Source of the DNA: an uncultured delta proteobacterium
GTDB lineage: Bacteria; Desulfobacterota; Desulfobacteria; Desulfobacterales; QNYZ01
NCBI GenBank assembly: GCA_963845145.1
Contig: CAWJQU010000002.1
Span: forward strand, 595,743 to 659,742
DNA: 64,000 bases
Direction: 5' to 3'
Under the pieces are notes generated by a model that saw nothing but the letters and a program-made list of their open reading frames with translations, did not search any database and was not told the DNA's origin. Position numbers and translations under genes: made by a program. This document shows, in pieces, positions 43,435 through 54,044 of this stretch (the first letter of the stretch is position 1; every line of letters starts with the position of its first letter).

Positions 43435-45199
43435 GGAGTTCTTCTCCCCACGCCTGGATGGCAGCCGTGCGGGCATAATACCCGCCACCAGCGACCAGTT
43501 CTTCATGGGTTCCTGTTGCCGAGATCCGCCCGTTTTCCAGCACAACGATCCGGTCGGCATATCGAAGCGCCGAAAGGCGGTGCGATACCATGATAATCGT
43601 CCGTTGGCCGTTTAAACGTTTGAGGGTTTGAATAATCGTATCGGCGGTCTCGATGTCCACCTGGCTGATCGGATCATCAAGGAGCAGAATAGGCACCTCA
43701 AGATACAGGGCCCTGGCCAGGGCGACGCGTTGTTTTTGTCCCCCGGAAAGAATCACCCCTTTTTCGCCCACCAGGGTATCCAGGCCGTCATCAAAGCCCG
43801 CGATGGTTTGATCGAGGGCCGCCGCCTTCAGCGCCGCATTCAATTTTTCTTCGTCTGCCGCTTCCGTATCGAAAACAATGTTTTCATAAAGGGTCCCGGA
43901 AAAAAGAAACGGCTCCTGGGGAACCACGGCGATGTGCGATCGCAACCAGTCCGGCTCCAGATGCCGAATATCCTCGCCGTCCACCCGAATGATACCGGCA
44001 ATGACATCATAAAGCCGTGGAATCAGGTTCAGTATGGTCGTTTTACCTGCCCCCGGCGGCCCCACAATGCCGATGCTTTCGCCCGGCGCTACCGTCAGGC
44101 TGATGCCCTCTAAAACCGGCACCGATTCGACCGGTTGCTGATCATCATCATGTCCGGTCGGATAATGAAACCTCACATCGGCCAGCGCCAGACCGCCTCG
44201 AATGAATTCCGGTGTCACAACGGGGGATATAGCCACGATGTCCGGTCGGGTTTGAATAATGGCATCAATGCGTTCGAGCGAAGCCCGTCCCCGTTGAATA
44301 AGGTTAACCAGCCATCCCAGGGCCATCATGGGCCAGGTCAAAAGGCCCAGGTAAGAGATAAAGGCAACGAACTCGCCCGGTGTGATCGTCGCCGTGATGG
44401 TTTGTCGGCCACCCAGAAAAATGACCACAGCCAGGCTGAGGTTAGAGAAAAATATCATAAGCGGGATGAACATTCGCGTAATGCGCGCCAGCCTTAGATT
44501 CATATGAATATAATCGTCGGAAACCTTCTCAAACTGTTGGGCGGTCTGGGGTTGACGATTATTGATCTTGATCATGCGAATGCCGGTGAAAAATTCCCGG
44601 ACAGACTCGGTCATGGTTGAAAACCCGGCTTGAACTTCCTGATAGCGATAATGCATCTTTTTCCCGAAAAACCGGGTGGTCAAAACGATCCCCGGCATGG
44701 GAATCAGCAAATATAGCGTCAGCCGCACATCGATATAGGCCATAAATCCAATGGCCGCGACCCCCAACACCAAGGCGTCGGTAATGGCCACCAACCCCAT
44801 TCCGGTCGCCATTCTGATCTGCTTGATGTCGTTGGTGGCCCGTGCCATCAAATCGCCGGTAGGCGTTTGATTGTAGTAACCGGCCGACAACGTATGCAAA
44901 TGGCCAAACAATCGATTGCGAAGCCCTTCTTCAACGTAAATAGCCAATCCGATCAGACACCGACGCCACACGTAACGAAGGCTGGCGATACCGACGGCGA
45001 GACCGGTGATGACCAGTGCCAGTCGGAGCAACTGGTGGGTATCCATACGAAATACCGTTAACCCATCCACGGCCTCTTTAACCAGCCGGGGAATAAACAG
45101 CTGCATAAAATCAACCGCCATCAGACAGGCCAGGCCAATTAAAATTCGAAACCGATGTTTGACCAAATACGGTTTGATCAGATGAAACGATTCACTCAA
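43424..45199 (-). CDS. ABC exporter ATP-binding/permease subunit (MdlA-like)
   Basis: TGDLMARATND, GPPGAGKT, LSGGQKQR, LLDDP (degenerate site of a heterodimer). Confidence 0.92.
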   Translation of the reverse strand: MSESFHLIKPYLVKHRFRILIGLACLMAVDFMQLFIPRLVKEAVDGLTVFRMDTHQLLRLALVITGLAVGIASLRYVWRRCLIGLAIYVEEGLRNRLFGHLHTLSAGYYNQTPTGDLMARATNDIKQIRMATGMGLVAITDALVLGVAAIGFMAYIDVRLTLYLLIPMPGIVLTTRFFGKKMHYRYQEVQAGFSTMTESVREFFTGIRMIKINNRQPQTAQQFEKVSDDYIHMNLRLARITRMFIPLMIFFSNLSLAVVIFLGGRQTITATITPGEFVAFISYLGLLTWPMMALGWLVNLIQRGRASLERIDAIIQTRPDIVAISPVVTPEFIRGGLALADVRFHYPTGHDDDQQPVESVPVLEGISLTVAPGESIGIVGPPGAGKTTILNLIPRLYDVIAGIIRVDGEDIRHLEPDWLRSHIAVVPQEPFLFSGTLYENIVFDTEAADEEKLNAALKAAALDQTIAGFDDGLDTLVGEKGVILSGGQKQRVALARALYLEVPILLLDDPISQVDIETADTIIQTLKRLNGQRTIIMVSHRLSALRYADRIVVLENGRISATGTHEELVAGGGYYARTAAIQAWGEELHGR

Positions 45200-45333
45200 A
45201 TAAATGCTCCCGCTAGATCAGATCTGCCCAAATCTTTCAGACCCTATAAAAAAGTTGAGGTTTAAATATCAGACGCCTTTCCAAAATATTCAAGGTTAAG
45301 GCGCCGAATTCTTCCCGGCAAAAAACACCCTCA

Positions 45334-45369
45334 GGATGTCGAGTTGGATGTTGAGTTGGATGTCGAGGA
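45334..45369. repeat. 12-bp tandem repeat GGATGTYGAGTT x3
   Basis: Seen directly in the divergent intergenic region. Confidence 0.7.
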
Positions 45370-45469
45370 AAAAATGCGTCCGATTACAGGCCAACCGTTG
45401 AATCGGTTAACCAGCCAACCGAAGGCCATTCATTGACTTTCCACATCCTGACTGGTACGAGGAACGCTT

Positions 45470-47467
45470 ATGGAATCCGGAAACATTGTGGAATATATTG
45501 ATCGCCAGAAGATTATCTGTGCGGTTGTTCAGCAGGTCAAGCAAAAACGTTTGCGACTATTGGCCGAAAACAACCGCGAGGTGAACTTATCGATCACGCG
45601 TGTGTGCCATCATAGCTCGAATCAGCTCGACCCCGAGCTGCGACGGGACGAAATCGTATCGCTTTTAAAGCAGATTGCCGCGCATCGCCGCCACCTGACA
45701 CGCCAGATCGACATAGAAAAATTGTGGGAGATCGTCAATAGCGAGCAAGAATGGATCGATCTACCGACCATGACCGGCCTCTGTTTTCCGGAAAGCCCCG
45801 ACAGCGATCATGAATCGGCAGTGGTCCGGGCCTTCTTCGAGGACAGGCTCTATTTCAAATTCGGACACGATTGCTTCTTCCCTCATACCAAATCTCAGGT
45901 AGAACAAATCGAATCTCGCCGCTATGAAGATGAGCGCAAAAATCGGCTGATTGATGAAGGGGCGGCCTGGGTACAGAAGACGTCCGCCACAGAAGAGCCC
46001 CTCACCATCGAATCGATGTCCAACGATCAAAAGACAATCGTGGCAATCCTGAAAAGATATTATCTGTTCGGTAAGGATAGTAATGAGTCCGATATTGCCA
46101 AAAGTATTTTACAAAATGCCGAAATAGATTCAGATAATGGCCTGTTTGACTTCCTGGTTCGCATGGGTGTGTTTGACAAGGATGAAAACATTGAGCTGCT
46201 CCGCCATGATATCCCCATCGAATTTCCCACGAATGTTCAAGTAAAGGCCCAAGCCCTGATGGGCATGTCACCGGCCGATCATCCTGTGGACCGCCGTGTG
46301 GATCTCACCGGTTTGTCGCCGATGACCATTGATGGGCCGGCAACCCTTGACTTTGATGACGCCGTCACCCTGGAACCCCAAGGGCAGAATTACCGCATCG
46401 GCATTCATATCACCGATGTGGCCCACTATGTCAAAAGAGGTGATCCGATCGATACGGATGCCATGCGGCGGGGAACCTCGATTTACATGCCCGATGAAAA
46501 AATCTCCATGATTTATCCGGGCTTGTCCGAAGGACTGTGCAGCCTCAAGGCCGGGGCGGTGCGCCCGGCTATCAGCACCCTGGTGGATATGAATGCACAA
46601 GGGGAAGTATTGGATTATCAGGTAGTACCCAGCTTGATCCGGGTGGCATCCCAGTTATTTTACCGGGATGTCAATCTATCCATTGACACAAGCCCTTCCC
46701 TCATATCCCTTTGGGAACTGGCCAAACAGTTCCGAAACCAACGATTTGAGGCCAACGCCATTCACATCTCCCTGCCTGAGATTCACCTTTGGTTGGATGA
46801 AGAGGGGGATATTCACTTAAATCGACTTGATCGGGAAAGCCCGGCCCGAATGATGGTTTCCGAACTGATGATTCTGGCCAATTCCATAACCGCCCGATTT
46901 CTAAGCGAGCAAAACATGCCGGGAATCTTCCGTTCCCAGGCCGAACCTCAAAAAAGGCTATATCAGGGGCTGGAAGAGAATCTCTTCCAAAACTGGATGC
47001 AACGTCGGTATCTGAGTCGTTTTATGTTGAGCCATACGGCGGAGAAACATGTCGGGCTCGGCGTAGACAGCTATGTCACGGCCACATCACCCATTCGAAA
47101 ATACTCCGACCTGATTTGCCAACGCCAGATCCGGGCCATACTGGGTATGGAAGAGCCCTATTCCGCCGAAGAGATCGATCATATTATTGCCACAATGCAA
47201 ACACCGTTGGCCCAGGTGGGCCAGGTCCAGAGAAAACGCAATCGCTACTGGTTACTAAAATATCTGGAAAAAATGATCGGTGAAAAAACCGAGGCACACG
47301 TCCTTTTTAAACGCCGGAGCAACTACCAACTCCTCTTGCCCGAATATATGATTGAATGCACCCTTCCCCATTCTGACAGTATCGCCTTGGTTCCAGAAGA
47401 CATCATCGAAGTCACTTTTCAATACGTCAATGCGCGAACAAACAGATTATCGATTGCGATGACGTGA
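45470..47467 (+). CDS. RNB-domain exoribonuclease (RNase II family)
   Basis: TIDGPATLDFDDA, HITDV, SELMILAN, TSPIRKYSDL. Confidence 0.92.
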   Translation: MESGNIVEYIDRQKIICAVVQQVKQKRLRLLAENNREVNLSITRVCHHSSNQLDPELRRDEIVSLLKQIAAHRRHLTRQIDIEKLWEIVNSEQEWIDLPTMTGLCFPESPDSDHESAVVRAFFEDRLYFKFGHDCFFPHTKSQVEQIESRRYEDERKNRLIDEGAAWVQKTSATEEPLTIESMSNDQKTIVAILKRYYLFGKDSNESDIAKSILQNAEIDSDNGLFDFLVRMGVFDKDENIELLRHDIPIEFPTNVQVKAQALMGMSPADHPVDRRVDLTGLSPMTIDGPATLDFDDAVTLEPQGQNYRIGIHITDVAHYVKRGDPIDTDAMRRGTSIYMPDEKISMIYPGLSEGLCSLKAGAVRPAISTLVDMNAQGEVLDYQVVPSLIRVASQLFYRDVNLSIDTSPSLISLWELAKQFRNQRFEANAIHISLPEIHLWLDEEGDIHLNRLDRESPARMMVSELMILANSITARFLSEQNMPGIFRSQAEPQKRLYQGLEENLFQNWMQRRYLSRFMLSHTAEKHVGLGVDSYVTATSPIRKYSDLICQRQIRAILGMEEPYSAEEIDHIIATMQTPLAQVGQVQRKRNRYWLLKYLEKMIGEKTEAHVLFKRRSNYQLLLPEYMIECTLPHSDSIALVPEDIIEVTFQYVNARTNRLSIAMT

Positions 47468-47500
47468 TACTTGGATATTCCACCTTCGGCCCTACCAACA

Positions 47501-47953
47501 CTAACAATCCACCAGATCCCCATCATTATCAATTTGGTAGCAATCCGAATCATCTTCATCAATGGAGAAATTGCTGGAGCGATCCCTTTCAATGCCACCT
47601 CGCAAAATGACGAGGTAATACACATCTTCGGGAACATCCTCAAAGCTGGCAGTCCAGTCGTTGTCCAATAGATCAAAATCATCCAAATCGAGCACCCCCA
47701 CAAGGGAGTCGTCCACCGCCAGTCGTAGTTCAACGACATAGTCATGATTATCATAATTTTGGATGAGAATGACACCGGAACTATCGTCACTGATACTCTC
47801 ATTATTGTCATCGCCGCACGCCCCGAGCAAAAAAAGCCCTGTACCGACAACCACTGCCAGACAAATCATTCTGATCATCGCAAATAATCCGCTACGCATA
47901 ATCCACCTCATTTTCTGGTTTCGTTGTTCCAAATACCGCGCACAAAAATCCAC
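47501..47953 (-). CDS. Acidic putative lipoprotein
   Basis: Lipobox LLGAC followed by Asp-rich domain; true start probably further downstream. Confidence 0.65.
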   Translation of the reverse strand: MDFCARYLEQRNQKMRWIMRSGLFAMIRMICLAVVVGTGLFLLGACGDDNNESISDDSSGVILIQNYDNHDYVVELRLAVDDSLVGVLDLDDFDLLDNDWTASFEDVPEDVYYLVILRGGIERDRSSNFSIDEDDSDCYQIDNDGDLVDC

Positions 47954-48158
47954 AAATCACGGTCTATGTTGCAAGCGCTATCATCACGATCAGTGCAGCC
48001 CTGACTGAACATAAAAAAACGTAACTGATTAAGCTGCCTCTTCCATATATTTGAACAAGGACGCTTCTGAAAGTCATATAATAAAATGGTGAAACATACA
48101 ATATGGCCTGTTCAATGACCGGGTTCAATCCAAAAAATGAATACTTTTTGTTGCATAG

Positions 48159-49019
48159 TTATTCGATTGGAAGACTTTCCATAAACATCTCATCTGCCAT
48201 TATGCCTTCACAGATCTTTGTCACAGGGCCGGTCATGGTTGCCGATAATGCATCGCTAAACTGAATTCGAAGGCGCCCGCCGGGCATATGGACAGTAATA
48301 TCCTGGTCGCAGAAGCCGAGTTTGTGAGCAATTGCGGCCGCAGCCGTACTGCTACTGCCCGAGGCAAGTGTGTAGCCGGCACCGCGCTCCCAAATCTCGA
48401 TCCGGATATTGCCCCGGTCCATCACTTTCATAAACTGCACATTGGTACGATTCGGAAAGCGAGGCGCCACCTCAAGCAGCGGGCCATAAAGATGGGCTTC
48501 TTCCGCCGACGGATTCTCGGAGAAAACAACGCAATGAGGATTTCCAACAGTTGCCGCACAAAAGGTCCAGACACGTCCTTCGGTGTCGATCTCCTCATTC
48601 AGCACTTCGCGTGGTTCACCTGCAACCGGGATCTTTCTACTGTCAAAACTGACAACACCCATTTCCACGGTTACGCTATGGCCGGCGGGACTGACTCTGC
48701 ACGACACCGCACCACCGAGCGTCTCGACGGTGAAGCGTTCGTCGTTGACAAGCCCCCCGTCCCATAGGAACCGTGCAAAGATGCGCAACCCATTGCCGCT
48801 TTTCTCTGCCTCACTACCGTCAGGGTTGAAAATTTTCAGGCCGAAGTCACATGACGGACTAACCAAGGGGCCCAAAAGAATACCATCGGAACCAATACCG
48901 TAATTCCGGTGACAGATCCGGCGAATTTCACCCTGCCCCAGATCTTTGGCAAGCACCTCAGGGCGAATAACGAGATAATCGTTGCCCAAGGCATGATATT
49001 TTGAGTATTTCATTTCCAT
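48159..49019 (-). CDS. dapF: Diaminopimelate epimerase
   Basis: KYHALGNDY, GIGSDG, NPDGSEAEKSGNG, GNPHC, WERGAGYTLASGS (Ser at the usual Cys positions). Confidence 0.88.
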   Translation of the reverse strand: MEMKYSKYHALGNDYLVIRPEVLAKDLGQGEIRRICHRNYGIGSDGILLGPLVSPSCDFGLKIFNPDGSEAEKSGNGLRIFARFLWDGGLVNDERFTVETLGGAVSCRVSPAGHSVTVEMGVVSFDSRKIPVAGEPREVLNEEIDTEGRVWTFCAATVGNPHCVVFSENPSAEEAHLYGPLLEVAPRFPNRTNVQFMKVMDRGNIRIEIWERGAGYTLASGSSSTAAAAIAHKLGFCDQDITVHMPGGRLRIQFSDALSATMTGPVTKICEGIMADEMFMESLPIE

Positions 49020-49066
49020 TCGTTACCTTACCCGTCCTTCACAGGATCGCCGCTAATAATTAGTCC

Positions 49067-49771
49067 TTATACTTTCCCATGCAAATACTTCTGCCGGTCT
49101 TCTTTGCTGAACTTCTCAATTGCGTAGCGAAGCATGGTCCTTGGCATTTTTTGATAATGTGGGTTTAAAAACGTCCGCTCTGCAGCCATGTTTCGTTTTC
49201 CAATTTCTCGAAGCATCCAACCCACGGCCTTATGAATAAGATCTTCAGGATCCCTTATCAACCGCTCTGCAATCTCTAACGCATCACCAAAATGGTTTTT
49301 CTTGATAAAATAAAAAGTAGACATCATCGCGATACGGCGTTCCCAAATAGATTCAGACTTTGACAAATCAACCAATATCGTTTTATCGCGACTTTCCAAA
49401 TAAGCGCCGACAATATGATGGGCCGAGCTATCCACCAGGTCCCAATTATTGATATATTGCGTGTTCTTCAAATAGAGAAGATAGATCTCTTTTTTCCCAC
49501 TATCGCTAGCTTTGGAAAACTGTAAAACGAGAAGAAGCAATGCAAATAATCGGATTTCATGAAACTCGGATTTTAAAAGCTTTTCTGCGATACTTATGGG
49601 CGCTGTTTTAAATTTTTTAACTGCTTTACGGATGACGGGCACCCGGATGCCAAGAAACTTATCCCCAAAACCATATTCGCCCTTTGCGGTTTTAAAAAAC
49701 CGCTGAGAGTGCTCCGCTATTTCCGAATTGGCCAGGCTATGCAAATGATCGACGATTTCCTGGTAGTGCAT
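49067..49771 (-). CDS. DNA alkylation repair protein (AlkD-like)
   Basis: INNWDLVDSSA, WERRIA, IHKAVGWMLRE, MPRTMLRYAIE. Confidence 0.9.
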   Translation of the reverse strand: MHYQEIVDHLHSLANSEIAEHSQRFFKTAKGEYGFGDKFLGIRVPVIRKAVKKFKTAPISIAEKLLKSEFHEIRLFALLLLVLQFSKASDSGKKEIYLLYLKNTQYINNWDLVDSSAHHIVGAYLESRDKTILVDLSKSESIWERRIAMMSTFYFIKKNHFGDALEIAERLIRDPEDLIHKAVGWMLREIGKRNMAAERTFLNPHYQKMPRTMLRYAIEKFSKEDRQKYLHGKV

Positions 49772-49854
49772 TGATGCTTTCCGTTTTGTTTTTACCCTGT
49801 ATTAATGGCGTATACGAAAACCATCTTCTCATCGGTAACCAGACCACTATTTTG

Positions 49855-50181
49855 TCAAATTCGTAACTTTTCAAGCGCTCTACCAGCATGCGGGGCCAGT
49901 TTTATAAAATGAGTTAACGTTTCACAAATATAATTTTCACAAACGGCGCAATTTTCCACGTTATGCGAAATGCAGCATTTACGAATATCGCATACAGCAC
50001 AATGAAAAAATTTTGCACCATCCGATTTACACCCATCGCAGTTAATATGATCCGGTTTGATATCGGCACGATACATTTTTGACCAACCTTGAGCCGTCTT
50101 TTTTCTTTTATCATCACTATTTTCTTGGGTAGCAAGGTAAGCATCACAACTGGAACAATTCAATCCACAATAAGCAAGCAT
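49855..50181 (-). CDS. DUF3795-type Cys-rich protein
   Basis: [23 protein letters not shown]. Confidence 0.8.
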   Translation of the reverse strand: MLAYCGLNCSSCDAYLATQENSDDKRKKTAQGWSKMYRADIKPDHINCDGCKSDGAKFFHCAVCDIRKCCISHNVENCAVCENYICETLTHFIKLAPHAGRALEKLRI

Positions 50182-50287
50182 AGTAAACTCCTTCAGATGG
50201 TTTGCATAACCTACTAATGATTATCACATTCAGTATCGTGAAAAAAATCAAAAATAAAGCATTTCTCCATGAACACGTTATGAGACC

Positions 50288-51538
50288 TTATTCAATCAGC
50301 AACTCGTAAATGGGTGCCAAGCTTATTTCCGATCCATCCGGTGGTATCCGAGGAATCAGACGCAGTCGAAACAATCCGGCCACCTCCCCATCGTCACTGG
50401 TAAAATAGAGGTAACCATCGGCCCCCATCACCATACCACAAGGCCGCGCAAATCGGCTGCCATCGCTTCGCTGAAACCCGGTAATCACATCTTCCACGCT
50501 TATGGGGTTCCCGTTAAGAAATTTTACCATAACAATTTTGGGCGGCCTGCGAGACGCTTGACCGCCCCCTGGGGCAACCGCCCAGGAGCCGTGAATGGCA
50601 ACAAGGGCATTGCCATTAAACGCACCGCTAAGCCGTGAATTAGTTACAAAAACAAGCCCTTCGGGAGTACTACGAGCCGCAAAAGTGACGCTGGGCGCTG
50701 TCGCCTCACTGGCCGGTCTGGGTGCTGGACTCGTGGCACATCCACCGTCTTGAAACGCACCATTGAAATATTGAAACCAAGGCATACCATGAAATGAACC
50801 TTGGCCAAGTGCGGCGAATACCTCAGGGGGTTGTGAATAGCCTAAATTGTCCGGTCCTGCATTCGTCGCATAGATAATGCCGGTCTCCGGATTGAAGGCA
50901 AGTCCGATAGGATTACGCAGACCTGAGGAATATGGCTGCAATTGGAATGGCGTGATCGTTTCGTCAATCACAAAGACGCCCCCACGGCGGCGTTCAAAAG
51001 CGTAACTATCATCTAAATATTCATCCGAACAATTGCCACTGATACCAATTCCGAGATAGAGTCTTGAGTCCGGACCGACCATTACCGTTCGGCTCCAGTG
51101 CCCCCCTGTTTCAGATGGAAGGTCGATCAACAATGAAAAATCATTCGGACCTAGTGAAACATTAGGTCCTGCATAAGACGCCTCATGAATGCCACCACTC
51201 TCAGCGACAAATAGTTGGCCGCCACGGTAGGCGACGCTGTGATTCCGCCCGGGAAGACTCACTAAAATCTCTGACGTTTTATAGGGCTTCTTCATTCGGT
51301 AAATATTGGTCCCTCGTGAACCGATTAACAATTCCTGACCCGGTCCTAAAGTTAAAAACCGCGGTGCATTTAAATCAGCCAGATGTTCAACTAACATCCC
51401 GTTTGGAACCATCAGCTGGATATTGTAACCATTCACTTCTAATGTTTGTGGTTTCAAGGTAAGGGCGGTGGAAGATAGTACCGCCAGAAAATTGATACAG
51501 AAAAAAACAAATATGGTGATTATATTTTTTACCATCAT
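50288..51538 (-). CDS. PQQ-dependent sugar/sorbosone dehydrogenase-like beta-propeller
   Basis: Signal peptide, GGHWSRT, GLRNPIGL, HGSW, RPCG..DG.LYFTSD. Confidence 0.82.
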   Translation of the reverse strand: MMVKNIITIFVFFCINFLAVLSSTALTLKPQTLEVNGYNIQLMVPNGMLVEHLADLNAPRFLTLGPGQELLIGSRGTNIYRMKKPYKTSEILVSLPGRNHSVAYRGGQLFVAESGGIHEASYAGPNVSLGPNDFSLLIDLPSETGGHWSRTVMVGPDSRLYLGIGISGNCSDEYLDDSYAFERRRGGVFVIDETITPFQLQPYSSGLRNPIGLAFNPETGIIYATNAGPDNLGYSQPPEVFAALGQGSFHGMPWFQYFNGAFQDGGCATSPAPRPASEATAPSVTFAARSTPEGLVFVTNSRLSGAFNGNALVAIHGSWAVAPGGGQASRRPPKIVMVKFLNGNPISVEDVITGFQRSDGSRFARPCGMVMGADGYLYFTSDDGEVAGLFRLRLIPRIPPDGSEISLAPIYELLIE

Positions 51539-51598
51539 GTTAAGCCTCACTTTAAAAAAGGGGCGAACACACCTCGTTAGGGTTTTCCTCAATCACGA

Positions 51599-52444
51599 TC
51601 AAGCAGAATTGATTGAATTCATCACTTCTTCATCAGGTAAAGGACGCAGCCGATCGTAAGGCGCTTCGAGGTCGATTCCGAAATGCTTTTTTAGGGCATC
51701 CAGATAGGCTATCCCCTCTTCAAGCTCCTGCACCTTATCAATGCCTTCCATTGATGTTGTCAACGTCGTGTTAAGCAAGGTGATTCCACCGTTTGGCACC
51801 GCAAGGGTCGCGACACGGGCAAATGTGAACATTTCACCAGGGTGAGTCGATGTAAAATAATTCCCATAAGCAATGTCGGCCGGGAAAACATGGCCCAAGT
51901 CAAAGCTATAGAGATTCATCCACTGATTTTCTTCAAAGGGATTTTCTTCAAATAATTGAAGCATCGTACCAAAATGACCCGCATCGACAAACCGTATTTT
52001 TTGTCCATCGTGGGAAGTGGGTTTATTTATTTCCAAAAGAACCGGTGCCCGAGGTGTGTCTTTACCAAAACCAACGTCTGCGATCCATTGCTTGCCGCCA
52101 AGCGTAACAAGCGATATCTGATGCCCCCGTCCTGAGGGTGTCCCCGATCGGTGAACCCGGGCCAACAATGCGCGCGCATCAAATCCAATGGATTTAAGGA
52201 CCATGAGGAACAATCCGTTGAGCTCAAAACAATATCCGCCGCGTTTCTTAAGGACCAATTTGTTGAATATTGCACTGGGTTCCAGATTGATTCCCCGATC
52301 CAATAAAATATCAAAATTTTCAAACGGAATGGTGTAAAGCTGGGCGTGATGGAGCGCTGCCAGACAATCCAAGGTAACATCTATTGTTCCATCATAGCTG
52401 ATGCGTTTGAGGTAGGTACGATGATCAAAACAATATCTTTTCAT
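51599..52444 (-). CDS. Arylamine N-acetyltransferase
   Basis: IPFENFD, RGGYCFELN, H, ADVGFG catalytic triad. Confidence 0.92.
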   Translation of the reverse strand: MKRYCFDHRTYLKRISYDGTIDVTLDCLAALHHAQLYTIPFENFDILLDRGINLEPSAIFNKLVLKKRGGYCFELNGLFLMVLKSIGFDARALLARVHRSGTPSGRGHQISLVTLGGKQWIADVGFGKDTPRAPVLLEINKPTSHDGQKIRFVDAGHFGTMLQLFEENPFEENQWMNLYSFDLGHVFPADIAYGNYFTSTHPGEMFTFARVATLAVPNGGITLLNTTLTTSMEGIDKVQELEEGIAYLDALKKHFGIDLEAPYDRLRPLPDEEVMNSINSA

Positions 52445-52646
52445 ATCCAAAGACCCGTGTGAGGTAGCTTTCACATACGGCCCGTTATGGGTTAGATCTA
52501 TACGGAGGCAAAGTAATCAGCCCCGAAATTTCATTATCTTCAAATTTTTTTTACATTAATGTTTATCATTTCCCGCTAAAATAGACATCTCATTCTTAAT
52601 AGCGATAGCGCCAATTGATATATCCACCCAATTGGGAATGAATAAC

Positions 52647-52982
52647 TCAAAGAGAGCTGTTCGACAAAATTTTATTTATTTTTGCGAACGCATGCGCATA
52701 CGCTTTATTTCTAAATCTAAAATCAAACGAGTCGCCATTTTTTTCAAATTCAATTGGAGGTGTTTTTTTATACTGATAAAGGACAGGGCCGGTTACAAAC
52801 AAAAAAACAAAGCCCAAAATATCCCATCGGTTCCAATCACAGTAAATTCCTAACCCAAACGCAATTCCTCCTAATAAAAACAAAAGCTTATTACGCAATA
52901 TAATGCTGTTTTTTATCTTCCTCGAACATTCTATATGCGTTGAAATCTTTATTTTTTCACGTTCACCGAATAGCCAGGCCAA
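52647..52982 (-). CDS. Hypothetical membrane protein, possibly 5'-truncated
   Basis: AT-rich ORF with two TM segments and a weak TTG start. Confidence 0.45.
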   Translation of the reverse strand: MAWLFGEREKIKISTHIECSRKIKNSIILRNKLLFLLGGIAFGLGIYCDWNRWDILGFVFLFVTGPVLYQYKKTPPIEFEKNGDSFDFRFRNKAYAHAFAKINKILSNSSL

Positions 52983-53024
52983 ACCATGATATAAACACCT
53001 GCTCCATCAACGGCCACAGCCATT

Positions 53025-53771
53025 CTACCCCTCTATAAGGATTCTCAACATTCTCTCATGATTGTTTAAGAAACCCCGTGTAACTTGAAAATGCTCCGTA
53101 TCTTCATATTTAACATTATCTATCTCCGTATCGCCCATCTGATATATTACCGCATTAGGATATGCCATTATAATCGGAGAATGAGTGGCGATGATAAACT
53201 GCGACCCTTTTAAAACAAGATCATGGATACGTGTGATCAGTGCCATTTGGCGGTTAGGGGATAACGCCGCTTCCGGCTCATCTAAAATATAGATGCCTTG
53301 GCCATAAAACCGTTTCATTACAAGAGCCCAAAAGGATTCGCCGTGGGATTGCTCGTGAAGTGATACACCGCCGTAAGAATTAATAACCGGAGGGCCGAAT
53401 GAAGGTTCGTCGTCTAATTTTTCTATTTCAGTGGCCACGTTAAAAAAACTTTCCGCCCGTAAAAAGAACCCATCTTTTGGTCTTTTGACGCCTCGTGAAA
53501 GACGAATATATTTCCAGAGATCTGAGTGCGACTCACGCGTTCCAAACGAGAAATTTTTGGTGCCACCTTCCGGATTAAATCCCCAGGCAACGGCAATGGC
53601 TTCCAACAAAGTCGATTTCCCAGACCCGTTTTCGCCAATAAAAAACGTGACCGCCGGATTCATTTTAATCGATTTCAGCGCTTTTATGCCATTTAGGCAG
53701 AAAGGAAATTGAGCAAATGAGTCGACTTGATCGCGTTTCAATTTGACTTCAATGATGTAGTGATCTTCCAT
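53025..53771 (-). CDS. AAA/ABC-type ATPase
   Basis: GENGSGKST, FFLRAESF, SHGESF, LDEPEAALSP, ATHSP. Confidence 0.9.
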   Translation of the reverse strand: MEDHYIIEVKLKRDQVDSFAQFPFCLNGIKALKSIKMNPAVTFFIGENGSGKSTLLEAIAVAWGFNPEGGTKNFSFGTRESHSDLWKYIRLSRGVKRPKDGFFLRAESFFNVATEIEKLDDEPSFGPPVINSYGGVSLHEQSHGESFWALVMKRFYGQGIYILDEPEAALSPNRQMALITRIHDLVLKGSQFIIATHSPIIMAYPNAVIYQMGDTEIDNVKYEDTEHFQVTRGFLNNHERMLRILIEG

Positions 53772-53884
53772 GAGGCCTCTTTTGATATCGCCAGATTCGA
53801 TCATTAAAACCTTTGCCATAATAAAAACATACTCGCCACCATTCCTTTTTATCCGAAGACCATACCCTATACTAAAAAAAACTT

Positions 53885-54006
53885 TAGGTTCAAAATCAAG
53901 ATAGTCGTGGATATCAAACCAGAGTGATACAGATGGTATTTAGAGGATTTGATTCGAACGTTCGACACCGAGCTTGGATCAAAGGACCATTTTGAGATTG
54001 GCTCTA
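53885..54006. mobile_element. Degenerate MITE-like element
   Basis: TAGGTTCAAAATCAAGATAGTC vs reverse complement of right end TAGAGCCAATCTCAAAATGGTC (15/22); TA ends. Confidence 0.4.
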
Positions 54007-54044
54007 AAATCACCAAACGGAAGTTATAAACGATCACTCAAAAA

